Part shown: in pieces, positions 1 to 11,679 of the stretch
Numbering within the stretch: the stretch's first letter is position 1
How the letters are laid out: each line of letters starts with the position of its first letter
Origin: Eutreptiella sp. 'Long Island Sound 2002'
Taxonomy: Eukaryota; Protista; Euglenida
NCBI GenBank assembly: GCA_964036045.1
Contig: OZ038378.1
Span: 185,876,001-185,940,000, forward strand
Direction of reading: 5' to 3'
Length of the DNA stretch: 64,000 nucleotides
Position numbers and translations under genes: made by a program
The notes under the pieces: model-generated
Told to the model about the DNA's origin: nothing
Databases searched by the model: none
The model's input: only the letters and a program-made list of their open reading frames with translations

Positions 1-475
1 TTGCTGGGGCTCCGGACTCCGAATGGTGAGGTGTGCCTTCTAGTCAGAGGTCACCCACTCACCCGTGCGCCTTTTATTCTCTGGGCCTCAAAAGGTCAGG
101 TGTGGACCCGCCACTGTGCTCCAGCCGCGCCTGCCGCCACACGGCCTGCATTGCCTTCTCAGTCCCATTCGTGCGCGACTGGCCATTGTATCTCCCATAG
201 GCCCGTTGTGCTGCTCTCCTTTCCTCCCAGGGCCTGGGCTAGAGGTGTGGACCTCTTGGTTCTGGGCTTGATCGCCGGGTCACGTTGCACTGCAGACTGA
301 GGGGGGGGGGGTCCACTTTTCTGGGCATTGAGGAGCATACCACTGTTACGCGACAGGGCTCGCGGGGGTGTTCGTAGGCGGACAAATGCGCGAGGGACAT
401 CAGCCTGCACCAGGACAATCCCCATCGGGACAGGCCCATCCCCCCCTCCCCCGAAAATTGCTAAAGAGACCGCAG

Positions 476-606
476 ACGGCGTTGACTAACGGCACCCGTC
501 ATGAGTTTGAGTCAGTTGTTGGGGCGGATGGGATCAGATCCAACACCCACAAGGCCATGTTCGGGCCATACAGCGCCTGCTGCAGCGGCATCCGCATCAT
601 TCCTGG
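476..606 (+). CDS. Exon or fragment of an FAD-dependent monooxygenase (flavoprotein hydroxylase family)
   Basis: Reads TALTNGTRHEFESVVGADGIRSNTHKAMFGPYSACCSGIRIIP, containing the VVGADGIRS (DG) motif. In-frame CAG acceptor ends at 475 and a GT donor is possible at 607. No other exons recognised; may be degenerate. Confidence 0.5.
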
Positions 607-689
607 GTGCGCCCCCCCCCCCCCAGTGGGTGCCGGCGATGCGTGAGCCCACAACGGACATTGTGCGCTGTGGCGGTTTTGAGGGTCCG

Positions 690-1209
690 TTTTAGGGCGG
701 TGTGGGGTCGCGCACTTCTGAGGCAAGGGCGCAGCGCCGACGGCACGGTCATCGTGCGGGATACCATACCGTGACTGGCACTTGTTGGGCATGCAGCCGT
801 ACCCCTCCGAGTCCGGGTCCCAGTCCTCGTCGCCCGGCAGCAAGTCGGTCCGTGCATGCCGAATGGCGCTGAACACTGCCGGGTCCGGCTGGGCGACGGC
901 CCGCAGGGCTGTCAGGACGCCACGGTCCGCCGCTGGGGTGGTCGCGGGCTCCGGTGATGGCACCGCGTCCGCCGTTGCGGCAGTTTGCACCAAATGCGCG
1001 TTGCAGTCTAGCTGCTTGTTTTGCCGGCCCTCCTTTTCCGTTGCGGCAGCCTTGAGCAGCAGCTGGCGCTCTTTCTGGGCAACAACAGACGAGCCCTTGG
1101 GTGCGTGTTGCGGAGGTGAGATCCGACCCTGAGCATCGGTTCGGAACTCCAGTCGAGCGTTGGACTCCAGGTGATCCGACACAACAATGCTCTCGATAGT
1201 GCCTAACCT
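690..1209 (-). CDS. Candidate exon or TE ORF of unknown function
   Basis: Polypyrimidine tract plus CTCAG acceptor just upstream (1210-1250 on -). Open, charged/Ala-rich frame (KERQLLLKAAATEKEGRQNKQLD). No recognisable domain; 3' end uncertain. Confidence 0.3.
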
Positions 1210-3504
1210 CTGAGACAAGTCGCAGGAGGGAGTGGGGAAGGAGGGGGGGGGGGGGACCAAAAGCATGTCAACACACTGGCCAACACGTGAGGCACAAACT
1301 GGTGCAAAATTTCATGCACACTCCAGATCACTCCCCGGCACGCCAGCACTTCATTTGTCATTCAGGCAAATGGAAACACAACAGCCTGTGTGAAGTAAAA
1401 ACGGGTGTCTCGCTTCACACTCCTATTCAGCGGTGTAAAGATCATGCTCATTTTAGACATTTTGGTTTAAAAAGATATTTACCGTGTGCATCCAACTCTG
1501 GATGTTCCCTGCTTTCTTCAACACACCATGCCAAATATTGCGCACCCATGTCCTATCCACAGTCATTCTCCTGTCCTATCCACAATCATTCTCCTCATTT
1601 TTTCTGAACTGGCACAATATTCTACAAGTGTTGCTTGCTGCCTCTCCATACTCAGACAGGCAAACCTTGAACATGTGCAAATATGGGGGACACAACACAC
1701 AAAGGGGGAATCCTTGCACTGCGCGCGCACACCGCGCTACTTTTAGACTAGGTCCTCCCTACAGAACCCCTAGGCACACCCCTTCCAAATGCCCCTAAAT
1801 TTAGGTCACCAAACTACCCTAGCTAAAGACAAATGCAAGCTACCTTCCCCTCACATAAGACATGCCTCATCCGCGGAGCGCGGGGTAGGTGCCATTGTCT
1901 CGGCGCAGTGAGCACCGTAGCGGTGGACTCTGGCCCTTTCCCCGGCTGCGGCGCTGGCTCCCAAATTTCCGTGGCCTGGGGGGCCTCCCCTTTTTTCACG
2001 ATTTCCCACATTGCCTTTATCACAGGGGCACTGGGGGGGGATGGCGCCCCCCCGCGGACCCGGACCCATGACCTGGGGGGGCCTCCCCTTCTTTCACGGA
2101 TACACCAATCTCCCAGTACGGCTCTCACTCACTGTCCCCGCTGCAGGAGTCCGCTGCAGGGAACGGGGCACGTCTCCCCTTAGTGCCCTCTCCTCGCCCC
2201 CGCGTCGGAGGGCCGCGAGGGCCGCCACGACGTCGCACTCGGTCCCCAGCTCAGGATGCACCTGTGCAGGAACATAGCGAGTGCAGGGGGGGTGTGGGTG
2301 ACAGTGTACAAGCCCTGGGCCGGGCTGGGCCACAGGGAGGCCTGGAGAACCCATGCAGACTGCCACCCCCTGGTGGAGCCCGCCCTGTACCATCGTGGCT
2401 CCCCCACGGAGGCTGGCGAGGGGTGGGGCACGCGATCTCGCGACCCAGCCGCCGCGGCTGGACTGGGTCGCCCCCCAGATTGCGTGTTAGCCCAGGGGAA
2501 CCCCCCCTGGTTTCACCCCCACACCACGGTGAAGTCACGCGCCCCTGGGCGGCCGTGGGGGCGAGGCAGAAGTTCACTATCCTCCCCTTGGACGGCTGAT
2601 TTTTGTGGTAGGCTCGGTTGCACTGTAGCCTTGAGCAAAAAGCATCAGTAATGGGTTTACACTGCTTTTGGTATTTCACTCCGGCCAAAGAGCTATGGTG
2701 GTTTACACTGGTCATTCTGCCATTTTGATTTGACTAATTCACTTCATGACATTTACCAACCTACAACAACATGTAGCTACCCTTAGACCAGTTGTACAAT
2801 AACCTTATTTCCAGTGTGCACTTTCCCGTCAGTGTGATTGCTTCAGTGGAAATCACCTCGCAGAGGTTGTTAGATCAAAGCCAGGCAGGCGTATATAGGG
2901 GAAAATGCCACATACCCCCCCATTTTGGCCTTTTTGGGCCTATTCGCGTACCCTACCCCAAGGGGTTGAATTGTTAGTTTAACCCCTTGTAAAATCATTA
3001 TTTTGTCCAATAAACGCATCCCCCAATGAGTTTTTGGTCCGGACCCCCCCAGACCCCCCCCACTTGAAACCCACTTTTTTAAGGTTTTCAAGGAGGGGGG
3101 GGGGGGGTGGGGGGGTGGGGGGGTGGGGGGGGGGTCAAAAAAATGACCCCCCCTTTTTTTGGGTCGCAAATCATGAATCTTTTGGTTTTTTTTGATTTTG
3201 AGCCGAAAAAGTGTTTCCGGGTCCCGACTCCATAGGGTTTGTATGGGGCGGAGTGGGGCGAGCGCTTATGTAGTTTATGCACTTTTTCAGCCATTTTTGC
3301 TATGTTGGCGGTTTTGGCGACCTCGGTGACCCCGTGGTATCCACTTTGAGGGGTGTGAGTGGGGATGTTGTGACAGTATCTGCCTACTAGGATACGGAAG
3401 GACGTTTTTTGCAGTCTCTAGCCTTGCTTAGGGCCGTTCACAACGCGTGCCAAAAACGCAAAATGGCTCTTTCCACCAATAATGGCTTAGTGAATGGGCT
3501 GGTA

Positions 3505-4632
3505 CACAACCTGCTTATGCAGCTTTTCACCCTGGACAGCTCAAAAATCGAAGTTTCCGAAACTTACTTTTTTGACATCGTGATCACCTAAAATGACCAT
3601 CCAAGCTATGTAAAGCATGTTTTAGGCCGTATTTACGTGTTTTTCGCCCGATTTGGGTATTAGGTCCGGGGGGGGGGGTCTCCCAAGGGATTGGTACACA
3701 ACCTGCTTATGCAATTTTTCACCCTGGGCAGCTCAAAAAACGAAGTTTTCGAAACTTGTTTTTTTGATGTTGTGACCACTTAAAATGACCATCCAAGCTA
3801 TGCAAAGCATGTTTTAGGCCGTATTTGCGTGTTTTTCACCCTATTTGGGTGTTAGGTCCGGGGGGGGGGGGGGCTTCCAAGGGACGGGTGCACAACCTGC
3901 TTATGCAGTTTTTCAACCCGGACAGCTCAAAAATCGAAGTTTTTGAAACTTTTTTTTTGATATTGTGACCACCCAAAATGACATTTCAAGCTATGCAAAG
4001 CATATTTTAGGCCGTATTTACGTGTTTTTCACCCTATTTGGGTGTTGGGTCCGGGGGGGGGGGGGTGTCTCCCAAGGGACGGGTGCACAACCTGCTTATG
4101 TAGTTTTTCAACCCGGACAGCTCAAAAATCGAAGTTTTTGAAACCTTTTTTTTGATATTGTGACCACCTAAAATGACCATCCAAGCTATGGAAAGCATGT
4201 TTTAGGCTGTATTTACGTGTTTTTCACCCTTTTTGGGTGTTAGGTCGGGGGGGGGGGGGGGTCTCCCAAGGGACGGGTGCACAACCTGCTTATGCAGTTT
4301 TTCACCCCGGACAGCTCAAAAATGGAAGGTTTTGAAACTTGTTTTTGTGATATTGTGATCACCTAAAATGACCATCCAAGGTATGTAAAGCATGTTTTAG
4401 GCCGTATTTACGTGTTTTTCACCCGATTTGGGTATTAGGTCCAAGGGGGGGGGGGGTCTCCCAAGGGATTGGTACACAACCTGCTGATGCAGTTTGTCAC
4501 CGTGGACAGCTGAAAAATCGAAGTTTTCGAAACTTGTTTTTTTGATACCGTGATCACCTAAAATGATCATCCAAGGTATGTAAAGCATGTTTTAGCCGGT
4601 ATTTATGTAGTTTCCACCCTCTTTTGGGTGTG
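3505..4632. repeat. Tandem repeat, about 6 x 194 bp
   Basis: cacaacctgc recurs at 3505, 3697, 3891, 4086, 4280 and 4475; internal units end in a G-run plus cc(c)aaggga. Confidence 0.9.
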
Positions 4633-4965
4633 TGTTGCTCGCGGTAGATTCTCTGCGAGGTGGACTTGCCGAAGGCAATAGAATTTCTTCAAGTTTGAAA
4701 AGCAGTGTTCTGTTCTACCTCTGTGTTTCAAGTGTAAATGGCTGTTGTGACTGTCGTTTTTGCCCATTTGTTGGTGGAAAACTGTGGCATACTGTACTTC
4801 AACAATTTCAAAGTTACGAGAGTGATGGTCTGCTGCGCAACCTTTAAAACGTTTGTTTCGCAGGCCTTTGAAACAGCAACCTGAAATCAATGCACTAGCA
4901 GACACTGATGTCAGCCCCGGCTAGACTGTTGTTTTGTTGGAGTGACAAGGTGGCAATATGCTGCT

Positions 4966-5478
4966 CTAAAACTGAAGACTGACAGCCTTGAAGAGCACCA
5001 GCTGCATGGGCAAGGTGGCAAAGAGCACGAAAAGAGAGGGCATGGCAACAAAGGCGAGCGTACAGCCGGAAACCTGATCCAACTCCCCCAACTTGGCGGA
5101 CAGCGTGTGCGACTTCGCTTCATGACAGTCCATGAAAGTGCGCACTTGACCATCTACCTTTGCTGCAGACGCACGGGCCACTTCCTCAATGGACCCAAGG
5201 TGCTCCGTGAACCTGCCCTCCCACTGCCAGAATGCTTTGTTGGTGCCCACTAACTTCGCCACTGTCTCCTGCAGCGTGTCCGTTACGGCCTGCAGATCGT
5301 GTATCCGCGCCTCGTAATCCACAAGCAGCTTCTCCATCTCACATTCACGCGAGTCAATTCCTGCAAGGCGCTCTTGAAGGGCATCCTGCAGGGCGCTGAA
5401 CTTGGCGCAGACATAGTTTCGGACACGCATCATCGTGTCATCCCGCTCCACAAGCGGGTTAGCCAGAGACGCTGGCAT
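4966..5478 (-). CDS. Coiled-coil protein exon or ORF, unknown
   Basis: 170-aa ORF with heptad-like helical composition (FSALQDALQERLAGIDSRECEMEKLLVDYEARIHDLQAVTDTLQETVAKL). Possible CAG|GT donor near 5077. Confidence 0.45.
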   Translation of the reverse strand: MPASLANPLVERDDTMMRVRNYVCAKFSALQDALQERLAGIDSRECEMEKLLVDYEARIHDLQAVTDTLQETVAKLVGTNKAFWQWEGRFTEHLGSIEEVARASAAKVDGQVRTFMDCHEAKSHTLSAKLGELDQVSGCTLAFVAMPSLFVLFATLPMQLVLFKAVSLQF

Positions 5479-5913
5479 GACCTTTGATGCCCAAGGTTAC
5501 AGCATTACTCAGGACTGCAAGGCCATGATCCCCAAGAAGATTTGCTGTGTACTTCAATGCATGACTGCGGAAGCAAGAAAACCAGCAACACCTTTGCCCT
5601 CTTCACACAACACCACCACCACCCCAAGGAGCCTTTGGGGAGCTTCTTGCCCCACACGTGCACGATGCACAGGGTTATCATCTGTAGAACCTGCTCAAGC
5701 GGCTAACAAAAAGGGCACCTTGTGCGAAGTATGCATCTGCAAAACACAGGCATAAACCAACAAGACGTATAATGTCAGAAAATCAGTGATACAAGTCATT
5801 GTGCACCAACCCTCATGCACCACCCTGTACCACCCATGTACGTCATTGTAAGATTGTTGTCGGGCAATTAGGGTCCAGATTGTCTGCCAATGAATAGAAC
5901 AACAACATGCACA

Positions 5914-6337
5914 GGGGGAATGTTTGCCCGGCGCGCGCCCGGCGCGCACTCGGCGCGCGCCCGGCGCGCTACCTTTCTATTAACTATCCCGACTTCAGCC
6001 CGAGATTTACCCTCTGATGGAGAAGGTCCCCATGGTGGGGAGAAATCAACCTAGTAAGGAGTGGATGTGGTGGAAACGAGCAAAAAATGGAAGAAAATTG
6101 GTGAAACCGGGTGAGAATCCAAATATACCATATCCCGAATGTGAAAGAAGCATCAAAATACCTGTTGTCAAACAACAATAATGCCCATAGGATCACAAAG
6201 TATGGGGTTCTAGGACGGCTAGACGTCCAAATAGTTGCACTGCGCGCGCTGCGCTTAGTGCACCCCCTAAAGGGTCACCGGTGGGGCACAGGTCAAAAAA
6301 GATGCCCGGCGCGCGCCCGGCGCACTAACGCTCCCCC
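5914..6337. mobile_element. Dispersed non-autonomous repeat, GGGGG...CCCCC family
   Basis: Starts gggggaatgtttgcccggcgcg and ends gcccggcgcactaacgctccccc. Near-identical ends and interior at 63106-63792; right end also near 45570-45610. Confidence 0.75.
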
Positions 6338-8759
6338 ACATGCCCCTGGTAAGCGCCATCATGTGCACCAACTTCAAAATCAAAGAAATACCCCCGCTTA
6401 TGCCAAGGACGGTCACCATCCCAAATCAACACATCAGTAGACGTTTCAAGGGTCAGATCCAAACCACATGCCTAAGGGGGAATCCTTGCATTGCAAACGC
6501 ACTACGTGCTACTTTTAGCTATAATCTGACGATGGCCGTCACCCCCGGTATCCCACTGGTGGGACACGCAGTTCATCGGTCCGGCAACGCGGCGAAGCCA
6601 CGGCTATGAATAGTTCATCGGCAGCGGAGCCTTTTTTTTTTGTTCCTGGCGCTCAAGGTGTCATTGAGTGTACTCGGGAGAACCCTAGAGAGCTGAAGGT
6701 CCATTTATGTACAACACAGGGGCACTCAGGAATTGAGCAGACCAAAGGTCCATGCAGCATGCTGGCATAACATGTGTTGTTCCTTCACGCAGTAGTAGTG
6801 CAACCGGTCTACCACACCTATCTGGCTATCGCTCAATGTGGAGGTGATGTGTGTCATGTTGAGAGAACGAACATCTACTAGATCATTCGCAGTGCTCACA
6901 GGGCACATTTGCTGGCAATGCCTCACAAGGGCTGTGCATGTGTATGGTGTAGCGTGTGGCGCCCGTATGTGGGACCCTTTGTGTGCGTGAACGCGTGAGA
7001 ATGTAGCAGCGTGTCTGAGGCTAAGAATGTAGCTGCGGGTAACATGTGTGCATGTATGCGTGTGGTGTCTCACAAGGGGTATATGCTTGCTAGCTTTACT
7101 GTGTACTACATGCGTGAGATGCTGCATAGGAGGTGTGTGTTGGTCCGGGTGCCTTAGGCTGTACCATTGCGCGCGGTAGTAGGACGGTGGGCACAACAGA
7201 TGTACGCCGGGGGCAGAAGGCAGATAGGTAGGTCGCCAGGACGCATGTGTTAGGTCAGAGAATAGGTCTGCAGTCACTATACCACCGTAATCATCCGTAG
7301 CTACATGCAAACAGTGTGCGCGGGTGCGCATGGTCAGGCGCATACCTAGGGGATAGCATGGGGCATGGACTGTGCAAAATGGTCTAGGAACCTCGGCAAG
7401 GAGGAGTCATAGCTGCGGTCCTAACATGGTCTTGCGCAGCTGGGAGCAGTCCACGAGGGTCTAACTGCTCGCGCTGTAACGCCCCACCAGTCTGAGTTCC
7501 CGCATGTTTCCTGGGAGTCATCCGCCGCCATGGCCGCGCTCTCGGCGCCTTGATGGGAGGGGCAAGCCATCCTATCCCACCCAGTGTTCCGGCAAGGTGG
7601 GGGTGGCGAGGGTAGCAGTCTCTTGTAAATGGGCTGGTCCACCACAGTGCGCACATAGTGCCCGCATCCCGCATCTGCCAGCATGAGACATTGGCAGTGC
7701 GCCACCACTGCGCATCTGCCTCCATCCGGCTAGCCACACACTGAAAATCATCCGGCATCTGCCGGGCACCATTTGACCCAGACACAGTCCTTGCACGGTC
7801 ATGAGCGGAAGGGTCCAATGGTTGCGGCATGGGCAGATACGGCCGCAGCGCCACATCCCTTTGCCATGTGCACGCCGCATGGGACCCGTGACAGGGACCC
7901 GGCTTGAGCTGCACTGGCTAAGACTACCCCGGTGCCTGTGCGCTGTGTTCACCATGACGATGTACCCGTTCCACCCCAAGGCCGTGACGCTGTTGCGGGC
8001 TGTCCCTACGCCGTGTGTACGCCGCATAGGACCCGTGATAGGGATCCAGCGCGAGCTACACTAGCTGAGTTTGTCCCGGTGCCTGTGCACTGCATTCCCC
8101 CTAACGATGTGCCCGTTCCACTCCAGGGCCGTGACACTTATGCCCGTTGTCCCCACTCCGTCCAGCCTCCACGCGTGGTCCCTGGTCCTCATGGATGCCC
8201 ATGCTCCTTCCGGAGCCGCTTGATGAGCTTTTTGTAACTTTGCTGGTTCTTGTACCTGTACGTGTCCTTGCTGCCGTAGCCAGGCAAACCCTGCAAGGCC
8301 GCCTGATGAGGCCACTGCGAAAGTGGGACAGGCACCATAAACGGCACCATCTGTAGTATCACACAAAGCAACAAAGCGAGTAGGATTCAACAAGACACAC
8401 CACTCTAGGAAGAACATCACCACCAGATCATGCTGGTGGAGCAACTACGACGCTTGGCGCAGTAGCGACTGCTGTCGCCGGAGCCAGGTGCTTCCACGCA
8501 ACTTCCCTATTGGGTGGACGAGACAACCGAATCCGAGACCAACACCAACAACCGCCACCGCAAGCGCACAGCCAACCATATCATCCAAACCAGAGCCCAA
8601 AGCTCAGCACTCTGTTGCGTGTGATTGCCAGGCAATACGGACGTGCGCACCCCCCATAAACAAGGAGTATAAGCACCTGCTCGATACCTAACCCTGTCCA
8701 TAGCAGCATCACAACACATCATGAACCTACGCAGGTCCGCAAACCGCGGATTTGAACTA

Positions 8760-9205
8760 CCCTGCCCCCCCCTTGCAAACTCCCGGGATAGCGCGCGACG
8801 GTCTCCCGGGTGGGGGGGGGAGACGGTCGCCAAGTGACGGTCTCCCGGGGTGGGGGGGATTGCAAGGGTATTTCAAGGCAAACTGTGGTACCCTCCACCG
8901 ATGCAAGCACATGTGCACCAAGTGTGCGTGAGTGGTACCGTACATGGTCAACGGGAGAAAACATCTTGGGTCTGAAGTAGCAACACAACACACCCATACA
9001 ACGCCTTTGGAGAGAGAATATCACAGAACACACACAAGTGCTTGATTTGTAGTAAGGGGAAAGCAATGCAAGGCCATGCGTAAAGCAGATGAGCAACACA
9101 AACCAGCACAATACATGTTAACTAGAAAAACATGGAAGTGACGGTCTCCCGGGTGGGGGGGGGGGGATTGCAAGGGGGGGGGGTTGCAAGGGGGGGGGGG
9201 GAGGG
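8760..9205. mobile_element. MITE with poly-C/poly-G TIRs and TA target duplication
   Basis: ta|ccctgccccccccttgcaa ... ttgcaa(g)n-aggg|ta, with three internal copies of gacggtctcccggg. Confidence 0.7.
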
Positions 9206-11018
9206 TAATGTGTTTCAAAATAATACACATCAGTGGTTGAGGCGGTCTCCAAGGTTCCATGCATCTGACAATGGCAGTCGCCAAACCCTCCAACACCCTC
9301 ACAAGAGTAGGTTTACACTCCCTTCCACAGTGCCATGCATGCAAAACAAAACAAATGCCGGTCCACTCGGGGCCAGAGGGCCAGAGGGGCAATCTGGGCT
9401 GTCACGTGGCGTGCTGACCCATGGGAAAGGGGCCAGCGCAAAGAACTCCTGGTAGGGGAAGGGGGACGAGTGCCAGTGCCGCCTCTCACGGGCTGACCCC
9501 AGACAAGAACTCAAAGAGTCAAACTCATACATCCTACTAGGCGGATCCGCCGGATTACGACCAGAAGGCATCCCCATAATTGCCAGATCCAAGGACAAAG
9601 GGGTGCTGTTTTTTGCGCAGGCCAGCAACGGATGCTGCGGGCCCTATTCTGGCTCCGGCGTTGGTCTGGGATCCCCATTGTAGGCTTTTATGTGCTAGGG
9701 AAGTATGTGACCCGTCGGTAATTATTCTGTTGTTTTCTCTTGCACCCCCTCCCCCCGTTCTTTCCATTTTGATTGCTTGTGACACGGGGGGGGGGGGGGG
9801 CATTCGGTAGGTAAGTATTCATCGCTTCATCGCTTCTTCTTCCCCCAACCCCGAATTGACCAGCTTTCCTGGCCACTAGATTAAGGATGCTATTGGGTGC
9901 GGCGCTTGGCATGGTTTGCATTTGTATGCTTGGCGCGCAATGCTTCACTCTACAATCTTTTGACCAAGGGCAACCTGTCAGTTTCATGGAACTTTGGGGC
10001 CTATGGGACCCCGAGCTAGATGCTAAGTGTTGGCATGCCCATGGTTCTCCTGTTGGCGAAAGGCAACAAGGGAGGGCTGTTAGGAGAGTTTTGGGTGTCA
10101 AGGTGAGGAGCTGTGAAATATTTTTTTGAAATTGTCCAGTAGACTGAGACACAGTGAAAGCCGGGCACCGGCACATTTGAGCATTGGCCCAAGGTCATAA
10201 AGGCACCATGCCTGGTGGTCCCGAGATTGGATCCAGCACAAGATCCCAGATAGTGGTCTTAGACCGGTTAATAGTGACATCATACCCTATTTTTAGCCAT
10301 CGTGAGTCCTTCATAGGGGCAAATACCTACTAATAACCATCCAATTCACTTCTAAAACATGTTTTTTTGGCCAAGTTCTTGCACTGTGTGTGCACTGCGT
10401 GCATACTACGCACGCAAAGGCTGAGATACTCACCCAAGAATACTTGTCATCTGTCTAGTAGCACGGCGAAGCAGCAAACCCCACATGAGAACAACGAAAC
10501 TGCCTTCAAACTTGGTAATCAACTGTCGTTATGAACAAGCCACCCAGCCTTGTAAAGTACAACTATGTCCTTCAACTCCGCTGGCCGCGGGACCTTGCCG
10601 ACTTTTCCAGCCCTCAGCCTGACATAGGCTTTCCAGTTAGACACGCGTAGCTCCTGAATTTCTCTGGCTTGTTCAGCAATCCTCTCCTCTGCTGAGGTGT
10701 GAGGCTGATGGGAGTCGGAATGTGGTTGCATGTCATGCCCGTCCATGGCACTCATTGAAAACAAATTGACAGAAAAACTGCCTAAATAGGGAGGTGCAGG
10801 TGGTTGAAAATGGGCAAAAACGGTTGACAATTCAAATATGCCACATCCGAAATGCTTAGGAAGCTAAAAAAAACCTTGGTACGGAACCAAAAACTTGTGA
10901 AAAGGGGCCGAAACTAGGGTTCGAGTATTTGCCGACATCCAAAACTTCGCACTGTGTGTGCACTGTGTGTGCACTGCATGCATGGCATTCCCTTTAGGTT
11001 TCCCGACCTCAAAATGGG

Positions 11019-11679
11019 TCGTGAAGCAACGGATACTTAGCTACCATATGACCCCCGTGACACAGGCCATACGGTCTGTGTCACATGCAGGGTATGGGGT
11101 GTGGTATTCGGCTGGTAACCCGCGCAATGTGCGGGCAGCAGTTCCTGCCCACGAAAAGCAAACAATTGGACGGGCAGAACTGCGGGGAGTGCTGGCAGCG
11201 GTGCAGGGGAAAACACCAGGGGTCAAGTTACATATAGTGACGGACTCCGAAATTGTCTGGGCAGGGCTGCAGGGCAAGTGTGCGAAGTGGGAGAGGCATG
11301 CGTGGGTGGGGTCGAGGGGCGCGCTGGCACACCGTGACCTGTGGATGCAGCTCTGGCAGAGCTGGCAGTTATTAGGGGACAGTGTCTCTATCCAGTGGGT
11401 CCCGTCACATGCAGGAGTAGAGGGCAACGAGCAGGCAGATAAATGTGCTGTGCGGGGTGCAGAGTTGTCCTTGCCAGGGGTAGTCAGAGAGAAAGAGGCC
11501 AGTGAAGTGTGGAGGGAGCTGGGGCTGGAGGAGATGCCCGAGCAGGACGAAGAGCCAGAGGAGAATTGGGACAGTGAAACAGACAGCACTGATGCAGGGA
11601 GTACAGCAGACAGCACTGATGCAGAGATGATGAGTGAGAGCGAAGAGGGGGGAAGCAGTGAATGTGAACTGGTGTGTAG
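11019..11679 (+). mobile_element. Retroelement-type RNase HI fragment with acidic tail, flanked by 17-bp direct repeats
   Basis: AGYGV...RAELRGVLAA...IVTDSE...QWVPSHAGVEGNEQADKCA carries the RNase HI motifs. cccgacctcaaaatggg occurs at 11002-11018 and 11680-11696. Confidence 0.85.

Noticed and set aside
6726-8444. Several 100-200 aa ORFs and a ~147-bp divergent duplication at 7873-8152
   Set aside because: No recognisable motifs; probably decayed TE sequence, not supportable as genes.
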